Assembly: GCA_038087875.1 (NCBI GenBank)
Contig: CM075991.1
Span: 12,216,001 to 12,280,000, forward strand
From: Malacoraja senta
Lineage: Eukaryota
DNA: 64,000 nucleotides
Direction of reading: 5' to 3'
How positions within the stretch are numbered: the first letter of the stretch is position 1; each line of letters starts with the position of its first letter. Of the stretch, positions 1 to 13,673 are shown one piece after another. The notes beneath the pieces are model-generated. The model did not search any database, was not told the DNA's origin, and worked only from the letters and a program-made list of their open reading frames with translations. Both the position numbers and the translations under genes were made by a program.

Positions 1-301
1 TTATTACATTTTATGGACTGGGCTTTAGATTGTAAATTAAACAATCCAAATTTTTAAGGGTCTCAACCCAAAATGTCACCTATCCATGATGTCCACGAAT
101 GCTGCCTGACCCTCTGAGTTACTTCAGCACTGATTGTCTTTTTTTGTAAACCATCACCTGTAGTTCTTTTGTTTCCACAATCCAATTTTCTCACTCTTCG
201 AGTTCTGATAAAGGGTCATCGACAGTGCTAACTGTTTGTCTCCATGATCTGATGAATATTGTCTGCGTGATCTGATGAATATTTTGAACAGTTTGTTTTT
301 A

Positions 302-469
<168 letters not shown>

Positions 470-789
470 TTATTGGATATTCTATGGATTTGTAATGCTC
501 ACCTCGCCGACCAGAATATAGGCTACCTTAAATTTTGCTGCTTTTGTAGGTTTATAGAAAGTAGTTTATATACATACATTGCTATTTATGCAATTTGTTA
601 AAACAGAATAGTCACAGTGGTCCATTTGGAATTAAATGTTGAATATGGAAATGTATTCAAGGAAGATTTGATATTTATTATATGAGCAGATTGCAAATTC
701 AATTTTTACATTCAAATACTTGTCATAAAAGAGGAAACAGTTGACAGACTGAGTAACTATTGAATGTTTTTAAAGGGGGCCACTGCTAA

Positions 790-925
790 TTCCCATACCG
801 ACCTCTCTGTCCTGGGCCTCTTCCACTGCCAGGGTGAGGACACACGTAAACTGGAAGAACAGCATCTCGTATTCTGTTTAGGTAGCTTACAATCTAATGG
901 TATGAATATTGAATTCTTAACTTTC
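790..925 (+). mobile_element. Penelope-like element fragment, C-terminus of GIY-YIG endonuclease
   Basis: Translation HTDLSVLGLFHCQGEDTRKLEEQHLVFCLGSLQSNGMNIEF resembles the R..E...I..LG.L.P.G.N end of PLE ORFs; followed by a pyrimidine-rich tail. Confidence 0.8.
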
Positions 926-1312
926 AAAGTAAACCCTCCCCCTCGCCTTTCTTTCCAATGCCCCCATCACCCAGTTCCTTTCCCCTCTTCCATCTCCACC
1001 TTCTACTTATCTCCCACTCTTCCCTTGTCTGGATCCCCTATATTCTCTACCCCCACACCCCGCAACATGTCCCTGTAATCATAACTATTCCACATCCATT
1101 TATATCTGATTGTGCAGTCAATTCATGTAGCTCACTGTGACTAATTTGCTTTTTTAGACACAATGCCTTCAAGCTTGCCCGATTGATCACCTTAGCAATA
1201 CCTGATGGTATGACACTACTTTGGTCCTCCCCCTATCGCTCGATACTCCGTCCCTGCCTTGTAGATTCCTGCCTTTTGTTTGCATGCATGTATTACAGAT
1301 ATTAGGTATTAC

Positions 1313-1408
1313 CTGTCAGTCCAACAGCTATGCCACCACAATAAACTGTGCAGTTGCTCGGACTGGATTGATTGACAACTTCTTCATAGGACAGCTGTTT
1401 GGTATTTG
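1313..1408 (-). CDS. TIA1: TIA1 coding exon 8
   Basis: ttacag/gtaata; 96 nt, (P)[31 protein letters not shown]. Confidence 0.95.
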
Positions 1409-1727
1409 CTGTAAAAGGGAAACTTGCATGTTAAAATAAATGCCATAATCACAGCCACCGAGATAGTTTTTTATCCATTTCTCCAATAATCACAAAACAA
1501 GCCTTCAGAATGACAATTTTTAATTTCACATGTTTTGTCATGACATTTTACAATTCAAGAACTGTTTTTAACAAAACTCCACAGCTTTCAAGATACCAAC
1601 TGAGTGAAGCTGCTCATCAGGCTCATCATACTATTTGATATTTATGAACAAATTTAATTACAAAGTATATTTATGCTGTTAAAACACATGAAATTCTATA
1701 TCTCACTATACTGCTCGTTTCACTTAC

Positions 1728-1836
1728 GTTCTGATGTAGTCTTTGGTGCCGGAGGTTTGCGAGTTGCCCAATTTGTTCTGATCTGCCTTCCTCCAAGCCA
1801 CTGCCCACCCATCTGTTGAATGGCATTCTCAGCATC
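1728..1836 (-). CDS. TIA1: TIA1 coding exon 7
   Basis: tgtcag/gtaagt; 109 nt, [36 protein letters not shown]. Confidence 0.96.
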
Positions 1837-2629
1837 CTGACATAAAATGGAAACAAGCCCTCAGAAATGGATGAAACAATCAAAGTACAGCATTTAGCAA
1901 CAAAGTTGGAGAAAGGTATTGGGTTTTTAGCATTGGGCATCAGCAAACACTTCCAGTAAATCTGACAAGGGTCTGCCACTCCAGTTCCTTCAGCGTGTCC
2001 TTGCAGCGTGTAGCAATGCTCATCCAAGACAGACCCATTTGCCCAAGACATGTCTCTTCCAATGGAGATCACTAGGACATTAGTGATAGTAGAATTAGGC
2101 CTCTCGGCCCATCAAGTCTACTCCGTCATTCAATCATGGCTGATCTGTCTCTCCCTCCGAACCCCATTCTCCTGCCTTCTCCCCAAAACCTCTGACACGT
2201 GTACTAATCAAAAATCATCAGTCCTTTCTTTGTTTAGGAAATTATTCTTTCATTACTTTGATTACACAATTAGCGCACATTGGAAGGGACATAACAAAAT
2301 ATAAAACAGTTAGGGCGACTTTGAGAGGTGAAAACTGCAATAGATATGGCAGAATCATCAGTTTTCCAAAATTAATAAAAGGTCTGCCAAAGGAGGCCAA
2401 ACATGCAAAGTTATTTTAAAATGCAGTTCGAGAAGATTGAATACTAACATCCGATAAGCATTATCAGAGCCTGCAAGTAGTAACAATCATAGTTTGCATG
2501 AGTCTTTACAAGTTATGAGCTATCCAAGTTGTTTTCTTCTTAGTCATGGAATTTGTGAAAACATTAATCAGCTGACAAATGAACTACTTTCATAACAGCA
2601 AATTGTACCAAATATAAATGTTCTCTTAC

Positions 2630-2705
2630 CCACTTATTATAGAAGGATACAAAACCATACCCTTTGGATTTTCCTGTCGCCAAATCTTTAACCACTCTAG
2701 CATCA
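2630..2705 (-). CDS. TIA1: TIA1 coding exon 6 (RRM2 RNP1)
   Basis: tttcag/gtaaga; 76 nt, [25 protein letters not shown]. Confidence 0.96.
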
Positions 2706-2836
2706 CTGAAAATATAAATAAATAAGGCATAATAAATAAATACATTTCTTGCTGGAATAAGTTTACTGTAGAGAATAAAAGACAGGAACCACACACACAC
2801 ACACACAATGCTTATTGTCAAGACATCACATCTCAC

Positions 2837-2924
2837 CTTTGAAAAAGGGACCACTTAATGCAAGACACCATATTCTACAAAGCACTTTTCTTCCTCTCCA
2901 TTATAAAATGTACTACATCTTGAT
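2837..2924 (-). other. TIA1: Candidate alternative poison exon of TIA1 (6B-like)
   Basis: tagcag acceptor and AAG/gtgaga donor; spliced after the phase-2 exon it reads SRCSTFYNGEEEKCFVEYGVLH then TAA (2855-2857). Confidence 0.6.
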
Positions 2925-3559
2925 CTGCTAATTCAGTTACAACAACTATAACGTGGTAAACATGCAAACTGTGACTGCGCTGGCTAACAGGCGTTTTTTT
3001 CGTTTTAAAAGCTATTCAAATAGTTTGTAAGTTCATTCATTGTAAAAAAAAAAAAAAGCTAACTGCCTGCTAGGCATGGTCAAAGTAGCCATTCCTAGTT
3101 GAATAAGTCACCAGGCCAAATCAAAGAAAAAAAGTTTAGATTGAACAATTCATTGAATGGCTTTCCTTAACCATGCACAATACATAGTACTTGTTGCCAA
3201 CAAGTTTTCTACCTATTCTTAAAAATACAGTATATGAAATAGAAAAAAAACTAGAAAAATAAAAAATAGGAATTAAAAGGCATACATCGCCTGTTAACAA
3301 TTCTTTTAGTTTCTCGGTAGGGTGAATTCGTTACCCCCTTTTTGGACTGTGGGCAGCTGTAAATTTTGAGAAATTGAGATTTTCAGAAACGGTTGCAATA
3401 TTCAGAGAAAACTAATAAGATACTGTATTTCCAAAATTGTTAACAGAACTACGCAGACTAGAATATATGAAAAGTGCATTATATACAGACAGGATCAGAT
3501 CACTAAAGAATCGATCGTGAACTATTTTAAGTAAAATTGAAAAAAACAAAGTCAATTAT

Positions 3560-3670
3560 CTGTTTACAAAGACAAAAGGAAATAAGAAAACTACAACTGA
3601 GTGTACGATTATCCACTGTGACAGTCCCTTGTGTTAGCCATGGAAATCCTGTCCATTCTTCAGAGATATT
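3560..3670 (-). other. TIA1: Candidate alternative poison exon of TIA1 (6A-like); donor end uncertain
   Basis: ttttacag acceptor then AATATCTCTGAAGAATGGACAG; reads ISLKNGQDFHG-TAA (3634-3636), resembling the recalled human truncated TIA1 tail VSLKNGQNCPG. Confidence 0.7.
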
Positions 3671-6600
3671 CTGTAAAATAACCACAGCCCTATTATTTGA
3701 AATTGATTCAGAACCCATCTATGGTGTATCTTCTTTTGCCCCAATTATTGGTAATTATGTGAATGTCCAGGTAAAATGTTTCTCAGGTGATTTGTTAACT
3801 CAAATAATTTTATAAATATGCTTTTCAAAAAAATCTATTGCTAGTATGAATAAATTGCTTCTTTTACCTTCAGTTGTGAATGCTTTGGGAACATCTATGA
3901 CATGCTTCTGTATAAAATGCATTTGGAGTCCATGTTTAACATGAGATTACCATGCAACCGCACGTGAAAATATCAACTCTGTGTGGATCAAGAGTAGAGG
4001 ACACAAACTGTCTGTGAGGAGGTGTTGTTTAATCTTGTACGAGTACTGCTCCATCACTTTAAATCTAATATCTGGCTTGATTTTGTTGGCCCACATAGAC
4101 TGGATTTTATCCTACATACAAAGAAACCCCAATAATATTATTAGCACCCATATTTTATTTAAGAAAAATGAAGCTGTGATGTAATGAACAAGTTGTGTTA
4201 AAAGTAATCTGTTTTTTTAAAAATATGATTTAACTTGGGAAAACAATATGAAATTTCATATTAACATTAATTCCAGGTTCCAATGCCATGCAGCCCCCAT
4301 GCCAAAGAGATGCATGGTTGGTCCACTCCCAGCTGCACAGCGTCGCTCAACCAATCTCATTCAAGGCATTTTCCAGTGGCACAGGGTTTTTACCCATTCA
4401 AACCTTCTCACTTCAGCATATCACCACCAACCATCTTTCTCAGATCAGTTTAGAAACTTACCACTGTTTATTGATGACAGAATCCCTATATGGAGGTTCC
4501 AAATCCAGTTTCCACCCATAAAACTAATTTGCAACAGTTACTGAAGTATGTGTTAATTTACTGGCTTTACAAATCACCATTATTTTATACCATAGCCCCT
4601 TTGTTTTGTCGTTATCGGTGGTGCAGGAATGTAGTTTTTGTCTATAACCCATCTTAACAATGTAACATGCTTGATAGCTTTTATCTATCAACATCAAGAG
4701 CTGATGCCAGAATGCCTCCAAGAAGCTAAAAATAACCAACAACAACTTTAGCAACAGTACTTTTTGCTACTACCTGACCACATCCATGTAGGCCAACAAA
4801 TAACACCTTCAAGCTCAAATGGATGAATGTTTGACATTATAAAACTCAGATTGCTGCACTAGATGTTAATATAGTATTAAAAAGAATCAATAACCTGTAC
4901 CTTCTACATGGAACAGACGGGCAGCATTCTGCAAACACACTGAAGTGAAGGACAACGAGAGGAATGCATTAAAATTCCTAGAGCCCTTTGAGTATTGGAA
5001 GGTTATTTCAACCATCAAATTACACACCCTTCGCGAGAACACCTTCAAAACATTCAATACAAACATACATAGATTATTTTTTCACTTCAATGCAGAAATG
5101 CTTCTGCAGTCTTCCAAAGGAAAGAAGAGTTAGTTTAATATTTGAAGTTAAGGTAAGTTATGTGAGAAAGCTAAATGATTCCCCCCTCAAAACAAATCTG
5201 GAAAAAATGCCAATTTCTTTTGTGCCTTGCACAACATGCTTTGCTTCACTACTTAGAACATTTAAGATATTATATTACTTGAATACACAGAAGATTACAA
5301 AGTTCTGCAGTGACAATGGTCTCCACATTGTGCAGTACCAATGATACACAATCAAAAGGTGACATACCCCATGGAGATTTAAGTACCAAACATCTATTAA
5401 ATGTCTGGATCACTGCAACTCAACAAAATGTCAATGACCCAGCTACAAATGCAATATTTTACAATCACAAAACCTAAACCAAATAATTAAATAGAAGTGG
5501 TTTCAATGGTGGGTGAATGCTTTCATTGAGATAAATACGCTTCCAATGACATGAAATAGGGTAGGATATCACGATATTTGACCCGTTATGTAAAAAAAAA
5601 TTATCAAACAGGATTTTCTTGTTAAGCTTGAAACTCCTGTATGATGAATCTGTAATAAACCCAGAGACACAAAACAGTACAAAAATGTAAACATTACACT
5701 TTTAGTTAAACAATGTACATAAATAAGAGCCTGCCTTTCCAAACCACAACACTATGGCTTATGCTGACAACTGTACGAAGGTTCTGCAAGAACGCCGTGA
5801 CTTGCAAAAGGTGAAGATTAACAGATCGTTTATCAAATACCATTCCCTATATCCAAGGAAAGAGTTGTAAGGTGTGTTTGGAGAATTAATATAGCAAAGG
5901 ACATGAATCCATGCCCAAGCATTTGCTCACACATGTACCAGAGGGGCTCTGGGCACTAGATATCTACTCCGACACAATCGCTTCATTGTGCAGATGGAAA
6001 CGGCTCTTCAAGGATCCTCACCTGTGCTATTCTCTTCCGGAAGGAAAACGTGATGACTATAACATTCACTCTGCCATCTTTTCCTCCCACCGAAAAGTAG
6101 ATATTTTGTGTGTTTATCCTATCAACCATCGAGTGTGTGCCATATTTGGAATACCTTTCTTTGCATTCTCTGTAAACAATTCTGTTTTGTTCTTCAGATG
6201 TACAACAGTGATGACGGATGTCCTGAGGAGGCCCCCAGTAACCTCACTAAGTGGCACCAATTGTGGTAACTCAAATTTCACTGTACTTTAATTGGTACAT
6301 GTGACAAAAACGGACCTTGAAACCTATACCTGTCAGCAAGCCATTACTGGCCACCTCCATTAGCTTCAGGTTGGTGCAGTCTGCGAGTCAACAAAGCAAG
6401 CAATAAGGAGGAAACATCCACTTCACAGCCTCGGCATTCAGCTAGAACCCAGGCAATTTCCCTTTGCTCGAAGGGTAACTAGGCAGAAACCAGGTCTCCT
6501 TAAGAATCAGCGCGGGAATCTGTGCAATACCACAGGAATTGAGTGAAGTCTTAAATGAATATTCGTGCGAATTTACTGTGCAGATGGACGTGGAAGCTGC

Positions 6601-6730
6601 TGGGTTCATGGAGAGAACAGCGATATCTTGGAGCATATCAATGTCACGCAGGTGGTGTTGGAGGTAGTGAAGGCGTAAATATGGATACATTTTAGACTAT
6701 CCTGGTGACTGGAACAGCATTATAAGCACT

Positions 6731-7030
6731 GTGGCATGGCAGTAGAGTTGATGTCTTGCAGCGCCAGAAACCTGAGTTTGATCCTGACTACGGGTGCTGT
6801 CTGTACGGAGTTTGTAGTTTGTTCAGTTTGTTCTCCCTGTGACTGCATGGGTTTTCTCCAGGTACTCTGGTTTCCTCCCACATCCAAAAGATGTGCAGGT
6901 TTGTAGTTTATTGGCCAATGTAAATTATCCCTAGTGTGTGTAGGATAGAAGTAGTGTATAGGAGATCGCTGGTCGGCGCGGACTCAGTGGGATGAAGTGC
7001 TTGTTTCCATGCTGTATCTCTAAACTAAAC
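6731..7030 (+). mobile_element. tRNA-derived V-SINE (HE1-like)
   Basis: Pol III box-like head, V-domain text (ttctccctgtgactgcatgggttttctcc...ggtttcctcccacatccaaa), (TAAAC)n tail. Confidence 0.8.
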
Positions 7031-10000
7031 ACATGGGATCCAGGGTGAGGCATTAGCTCAGGTACCTGAATGAGCAAGGCACAGAAAGATACGAAATACC
7101 CTACTTTAACTGACCTTATTTTTGTCCCAGTACCAGGATCAGCCTGCACTACTAACATTTATCTGCCTGCGGATTAGCCGTCACATTTAGACCACAGGTT
7201 TCTGAGGAGAAGTGAAGCAGATAACGCCAATTTTACTTCCATCATTACTGAGACTTCTATATGGTGGCATTAGATCAGAAAATATCAATCCCAATGGATG
7301 GAAAGCAAGTACTACCTAAGCAAAACCTTTGTCATTTGAATTATACTGCCTCGAATGTGACAATGTTTTCACTGCACCAAGTATTGGTCAATTTATTATA
7401 TGTTCATTGCTAAAGCATTCATTCATATAAAGACAAGCACATGAAATTGAACATTGGGGTATCAATGTTTCTCATAGAAAATTATATTCTAACCTGTCAC
7501 AAGCTATTACCAAGGCAGTTAAATAGCTTAGGAAAAATTGCCAAGAAACACAGAAATTGAGCTGTGACGCATGTTCAGAGTATAAATGGAAGTGAACTAT
7601 TTGTACTTACCTGAATAGAAAACTTGAAAACAAAAGGCTTAGAAGAATATAGCAAAGTAACAGGTACAAAATTACATTAAACAAGAAAAATGTTACTTAA
7701 AGGGAAACAAATAAATAGAACAAACCCGTGAAAGAATTAAATGTCAATATTTCTGTTCAAAACTTAAGACCTTCCATATAAACAAAATTTACTATGGTGG
7801 GTGGTGTTTTCACAAGATAAAAACAGTATTTTTATGGTACAGATGTTTCTTAAATCAGTGATCATTTGAAATGTATTTTCAACATGATGAGAGCAAGAGA
7901 AATCACTTCAAGTTGACAACTACAAGTTATCAAAGGCAGCTGTGTTACCAAGCCACACTGTTCCCAGCAGGTACCTATGATTTTGCAGAATACTCAGTCA
8001 AAGGCTCTTTTCATTTTAATGCTTAATCAATTATAATTTTAAAAAGCCACCTTGATTGGTAAATTTAGTTGGCTCCTCAATAGAAAAGAAACATACAAAA
8101 GAGGGTCTGATTGTAGGTAGAACTGACATCTTTCAGAAATTCCAAGATTTGCCAACATATTTTATAGCTAATAGAATACTTTTTGAAGGTAAGACACAAA
8201 ATGCTGAAGTAACTCGGTGGGACAGGCAGCATCTCTGGAGAGAAGGAATGGGTATACTTTTTGATCTTTATTGTAATGTAATAAAACCACATCAGTCAAT
8301 TTACTTATTGTAATGTCGCTCAAAACAGCACAGAAATAAATGACCAGATCATCTATTTAAGTGATGTTGTTTCAATAATAAATATTATCCAGAAAACCAA
8401 GAGACTCTCCAAGTACCTATAAAAAATGCCACAGATTCTTTTCTAAACAACTGAAAGGACAGGGAACTATGAAAGTTGTGTTAAATGGATCGGAACATAT
8501 CACCATTTAAAATGTGATTGAGAATACCAGAATGGGACTTTCATCACCTGCTCAATTCAGAATGCAACTCCAGAAATGGGGAATTACATCAAACACAGAA
8601 CTTGGTTTTTCAATTTAACATTCCAAAACATTCTACACATTTAACTATCTAGTACTTTCATAAATAGAAATTTACGATCTCTTCAAGAAGTAAATCCACG
8701 TACCAGAAGCCCTGGCCATTTGATTATTTTAACATAACCAAATGTCCAACTTTGAACCATGTGGTGACAGTGTAAAATCCAGTGAATTGCATTGATTGCC
8801 AAATTCCAAAGTTATGTACAGTACGCATTGATCAAAGAATCTAAAAGCACAGAAATGTTTTAATTTTTACAAAACATAAATATCCAATTTGAACGTTCCC
8901 TTTTGTCCTGAAATAGACAAAATTACAAATATTACAGTTTAAGAAAAAATGGTCCTCAAAATTAAATTTCCCCTTCTCCACAAATCTTATGGTATTGTTC
9001 TCCTTTCCTGTGACAAATGTAACCCAGTAAAACAGCTGACAATTGCTTCTTCTGGCATTTTGCTTGTTACCTAAAGTGATCCCTGCAATGCTTTTGCAAA
9101 ATAAATAATGGCCCGAAATGTTTTTACTTCCCTGAGGAACAGGATAACATATAACCAAAATCAACAACTCATCACAGGGTGCTGGGATACAGTATCCTTG
9201 CAGTACTGGCCTTTGAAGTTAGTCAAAGTACAAAATGTTGAAATCTTATCAAGCAACTAGAAACTCCCCAATAAAAAGGAAAATAAAATTTTAAGAAATT
9301 GAAACCGATTACTCCAAATGTCAGAATATTTTTAACAACTTTAATTTTAAAAAGAATCAAGCTACTATTCAACAGGTAACCATCAGTACAAAACTCTGCA
9401 CAAAACATCAAAAAGTAAAGATTTTAAATCTTTCAGTATATGTAAAATTACCATTATGGTAAAAAGGGACCACAAACCTTTGAAAGTGTTAAAGTTTCTG
9501 TGTCCCTCTGTTTACTTTGGAACAAACTATGCAACTCAGATTCAGTAATGAACAGCTGGCGATACCTGATGCAAAGAGCAATCATTTAAGCCACTGTTTC
9601 TTCAAGTCAGACATCTTAACTTACTTCATTTATTTAAACCAGCCTGGTTTACCCAAATTCTCCGAACTAATTCACATAAACAGTCACAAAATAAATATTA
9701 TAAATCACTCCACCAAACTGAAAGCGAGAGAAAATTAACTTGGATGCATTTAAATAGCAAGAAGTTTACAGATACTGCTTTACAGAACTATTTACAGTAT
9801 GGAAACCTCCTTCATGTAGGTGGCAAAGCCTGCAATATCCCCACGTTCCAACAGAAAGCTTGGTTACACTTGCAAGTGGATGTTTGTATTCCACATTATT
9901 TCAAAGCCATCTGATGATAGCCTATATACACTGAATTTTCACATTAGCAACTCTGATAGTAATAACATGTAACAAAGGGATAAGGTAGATCTCTATAATA

Positions 10001-10477
10001 TTTTTTTTAACTTAAGCCTTTTGCTTTAAGTCCCAGTTTCTTAAATAAATCTTTTCACTGCAGAACAGCTAATCGACGTAGTGTGCACATGATTAAATTT
10101 GAAATAGTGCATAAAGATGTATTATAAAATGAAGAAACCAATTACCTGCACACAACTACATTTTGATGCTGCGTTAAACACATTGAAATTGCAAGTATTT
10201 AATATGATGCAAAGTGTTTCATGAAGCTGACTCAAAAGAAAGCTTAGATAAATATTTTTTCTGATTAAGCCCCGATTCTGTACTTTAAAATAATCAATCC
10301 ACTGGAAACAATGACGTAATTACATCCAGGTTGTCTTTAAGGGGCTCTTGAGCTAAATAGTAGATGCCATGGTATTATAACCCAGACTGAAAAAATGGAA
10401 TCAAAGACTGAATGTACTGTATGTGATTTAGCTGTTTAAAACCAAACAGTGTAAAGTTTCCCACCAGGATATACTTA

Positions 10478-10591
<114 letters not shown>

Positions 10592-11791
10592 TCAATTCAG
10601 GGAAAAAAATTAAACCTGTTCCACAGCAGGTTTAACCGTATTTCAACTGTATGAGAAATATAGGCTGACAGACCAGTGTATTTTACACATTCTATCCGTT
10701 TGCTTTGAAAATATTCAAACCACTAGGTACTGAAGGTTTGAGCTACAAAAAACAAATGGGCTTTGTTAATTGTGGACAGTAAATTGGTAACAGCAGAATG
10801 TGGTTCTTTTATTTTGGAGATTAAACTGGCCAAACTCAATGCATTCAAAGGAAGATTTGAAAATGAACATCCAAAAAGATCCCTTGCACCAAACATTGGC
10901 TCTGAATCTCTGAGAATCAAGTTATCATTTTCTGAAACCATCTTACTCAAGAGTGAACTTTAGGATGCTGCTGAACACAAATGTAACAAGCAGGTGGCTC
11001 ATACAATTAACAATTACTTTGTAGACTCGTAACAATCCAAAGATAATTTTCCTTTTAAATGTTATATAGGATGCATTGTGCTGATAAAGCATGGTATCTA
11101 TTGGTCTATGGCTCCAATTCTAAAAGTATACACAAAAAGAATGACGTTGTACATTTGTGCTAAAATTGTAGATTCTAAAATTCATGATCAATAGAGTATT
11201 TTACACATCCATTTAGATCTAAAAAATTAAGTCTCCATGCTTTTTTGAAATCAGGCAATGGAGTGGAATTGTTGAGATTCCTGTCTCGGAACTGGTACTG
11301 GAACCTGGAAGGCAGAAAATGGTACACGGACGGTGGCAACAATAAGAAATAAAATCCAATCCATTTTAGATTTGTATGATAAATGTAAAAATAAATCATG
11401 CAATATAAAGCTTCTTAACGTGACACAGAGACTTTGGAAAATATAGTAAATGTTGATGGTTTATCTTGAAACCACAAAACACTAATTCAGGAAGGAGCCA
11501 TTGAAGTTCCAGTATGCTACCTTGTTCAACACAAACGGAATTTATGGCTTTTCATGTCAATTATGTTAACTGCTTAAAATGATTTAATTACAACTCTGGT
11601 ATTTACTTTTCAAATGCCTAAGCAATTGTGGGAATGACAGAAAGCTGATTAATTACACAAATGAATACTTCACCAAAAACTGAAAGAACAGGATGCGCTA
11701 AAAATAAATGGAAAGCTGCAAACCTCCCTCTGCTTTGCAGAATTTTGCTAAGACTATTTGAAATGGAGAAATATATTAATCCAATACTTAC

Positions 11792-11846
11792 TACTTGTGT
11801 CTTTCTTCTGACTACTTGGAGTTGTTGCCCAGTTCACTTTAACTTC
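11792..11846 (-). CDS. TIA1: TIA1 coding exon 4
   Basis: ttgcag/gtaagt; 55 nt, EVKVNWATTPSSQKKDTS. Confidence 0.96.
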
Positions 11847-12809
11847 CTGCAAGTGATTTCATAGAGATGAGAAAATAAGTTAGCCAGTTTCAATTATTAA
11901 AGTATAGATCCGCTAGCAAAATATAAGTCTGCACTCATTCTACATATCTACTGCAGTTGGATATTTGCTGAATAATTCGAACATTTAACTTCCAACCCTT
12001 GACATTTCTTTCCAAATGAATGGTTTTCACTTAAATCCAACCATCCAACTACGATGGATTTTCTCCAAAGCCTCTTTTGGAGATATAACAGCAGCTAACC
12101 TGCAATATTCCGAAAAGCTGAAGCAATTGTATTGTTAGAATAATAAATCATAAAATAAGTGAAACAAGCAAATGCATATATAAAGTGGTGGTCTTTCCTT
12201 TTAAAAATTAGCACTTTTTGTGAAGAGTTTGATAATATGTCAACAGAAACTTGTGGTGGCAACCGTTCCAGATAATTTTACTTGAAAATTATTGAAAAAG
12301 CACAATTGCATGACATGATGGAAACATAGTGTCGAGAGTCCAGCACATGGAATACATGAGCAGTATCGATTCCTCGGCAGACTGATCCATAGGTCATTTG
12401 CATTTGGCCTCTGTGTTCCCTATGAGTGGATAAGGATGCCTGCTGCCCTAGTCATTCCCTTTCGTCTCTCCTACTTTCTGGGAGATAATACAGGAGCTTG
12501 AAACCCCAGATATCCAAACTTAAGAACATTTTCTATCCCCCAGTTATCAGATTCCTGATCCAATCATTGCTTTCACACCCCCTCCCTGGAGGTACTGCCA
12601 TATAATCTTATTCCTAACACTACCGCATTTGTTTATTCCATTGTTGTACTTTAATATTTACCAAGCGCTACTTTGGATTGCACCATTTTGCTGATTTGTA
12701 TTCCTCATCTTTATTATTATTTTAATCATTCCTATCTGCTTTTTATTCTGCAAGCGCAAAATGAATAAGGCATTTCCTTGTACCATGGAGTATATGACAC
12801 TATTGTATC

Positions 12810-13240
12810 TGCCTCCATCATCACCCTGGCAGAGCATTCCAGGCATCCACCAACCTCTTAAAAATAATGCCCTCTAGTCTTTAACATTTCCTCCTTGGAA
12901 AAAGGTTCTGACCATCTACCCTATCTATGCCTCATAATTTTATTTACTTCTATCAGGTCTCCCCTCAGCTTCTGACTCGCTAGCGAAAACAATCCAAGTT
13001 TGTCCAACTTCTCCTTGTTGTTAACACCCTCTAATCCAAACCTCTTCTGAACCCTTTCCAAAACCTCCACATCCTTCCTGTAATAGCGAGATCAGAACTA
13101 CACGCAAAACTCCAAATGCAGCCTAACCCAAGTCTTATAGAGCTGCACCTTGACTTTGACTCTCATACTCAATGCCCTGATCTTTAATGGTGAGCATACC
13201 ATACACCTTCTTTACCACTATCTACTTGTGTTGCCATTTC
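12810..13240 (-). mobile_element. Degenerate CR1 LINE 3' fragment
   Basis: Antisense similarity to the CR1 RT C-terminal region seen at 47317-47900. Confidence 0.65.
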
Positions 13241-13448
13241 TGACACACACTGTTCATGCTAGTTATCTGAAGTGGAACCCTATCATAACCTGTGGATAAT
13301 CAGCATGATACTTAACTAAGAAAAGTTAAGACACACCTGATTGAAATAGTAATAAAAACAGTTTCAGACTGAATTTTCCCCAATGATAACACAGCATTAA
13401 AAAAAGGTCACATGTACATATTCCTTTTCAATTACCACTCACCCGTTA

Positions 13449-13673
<225 letters not shown>

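Noticed and set aside
10611..10634. Small hairpin or 31-nt exon upstream of exon 5
   Set aside because: An 8-bp stem can arise by chance, and the downstream intron would be under 50 nt
11270..11304. Possible equivalent of the 33-nt alternative TIA1 linker exon (acceptor then SSSTSSET)
   Set aside because: Good acceptor but no usable in-frame GT donor found
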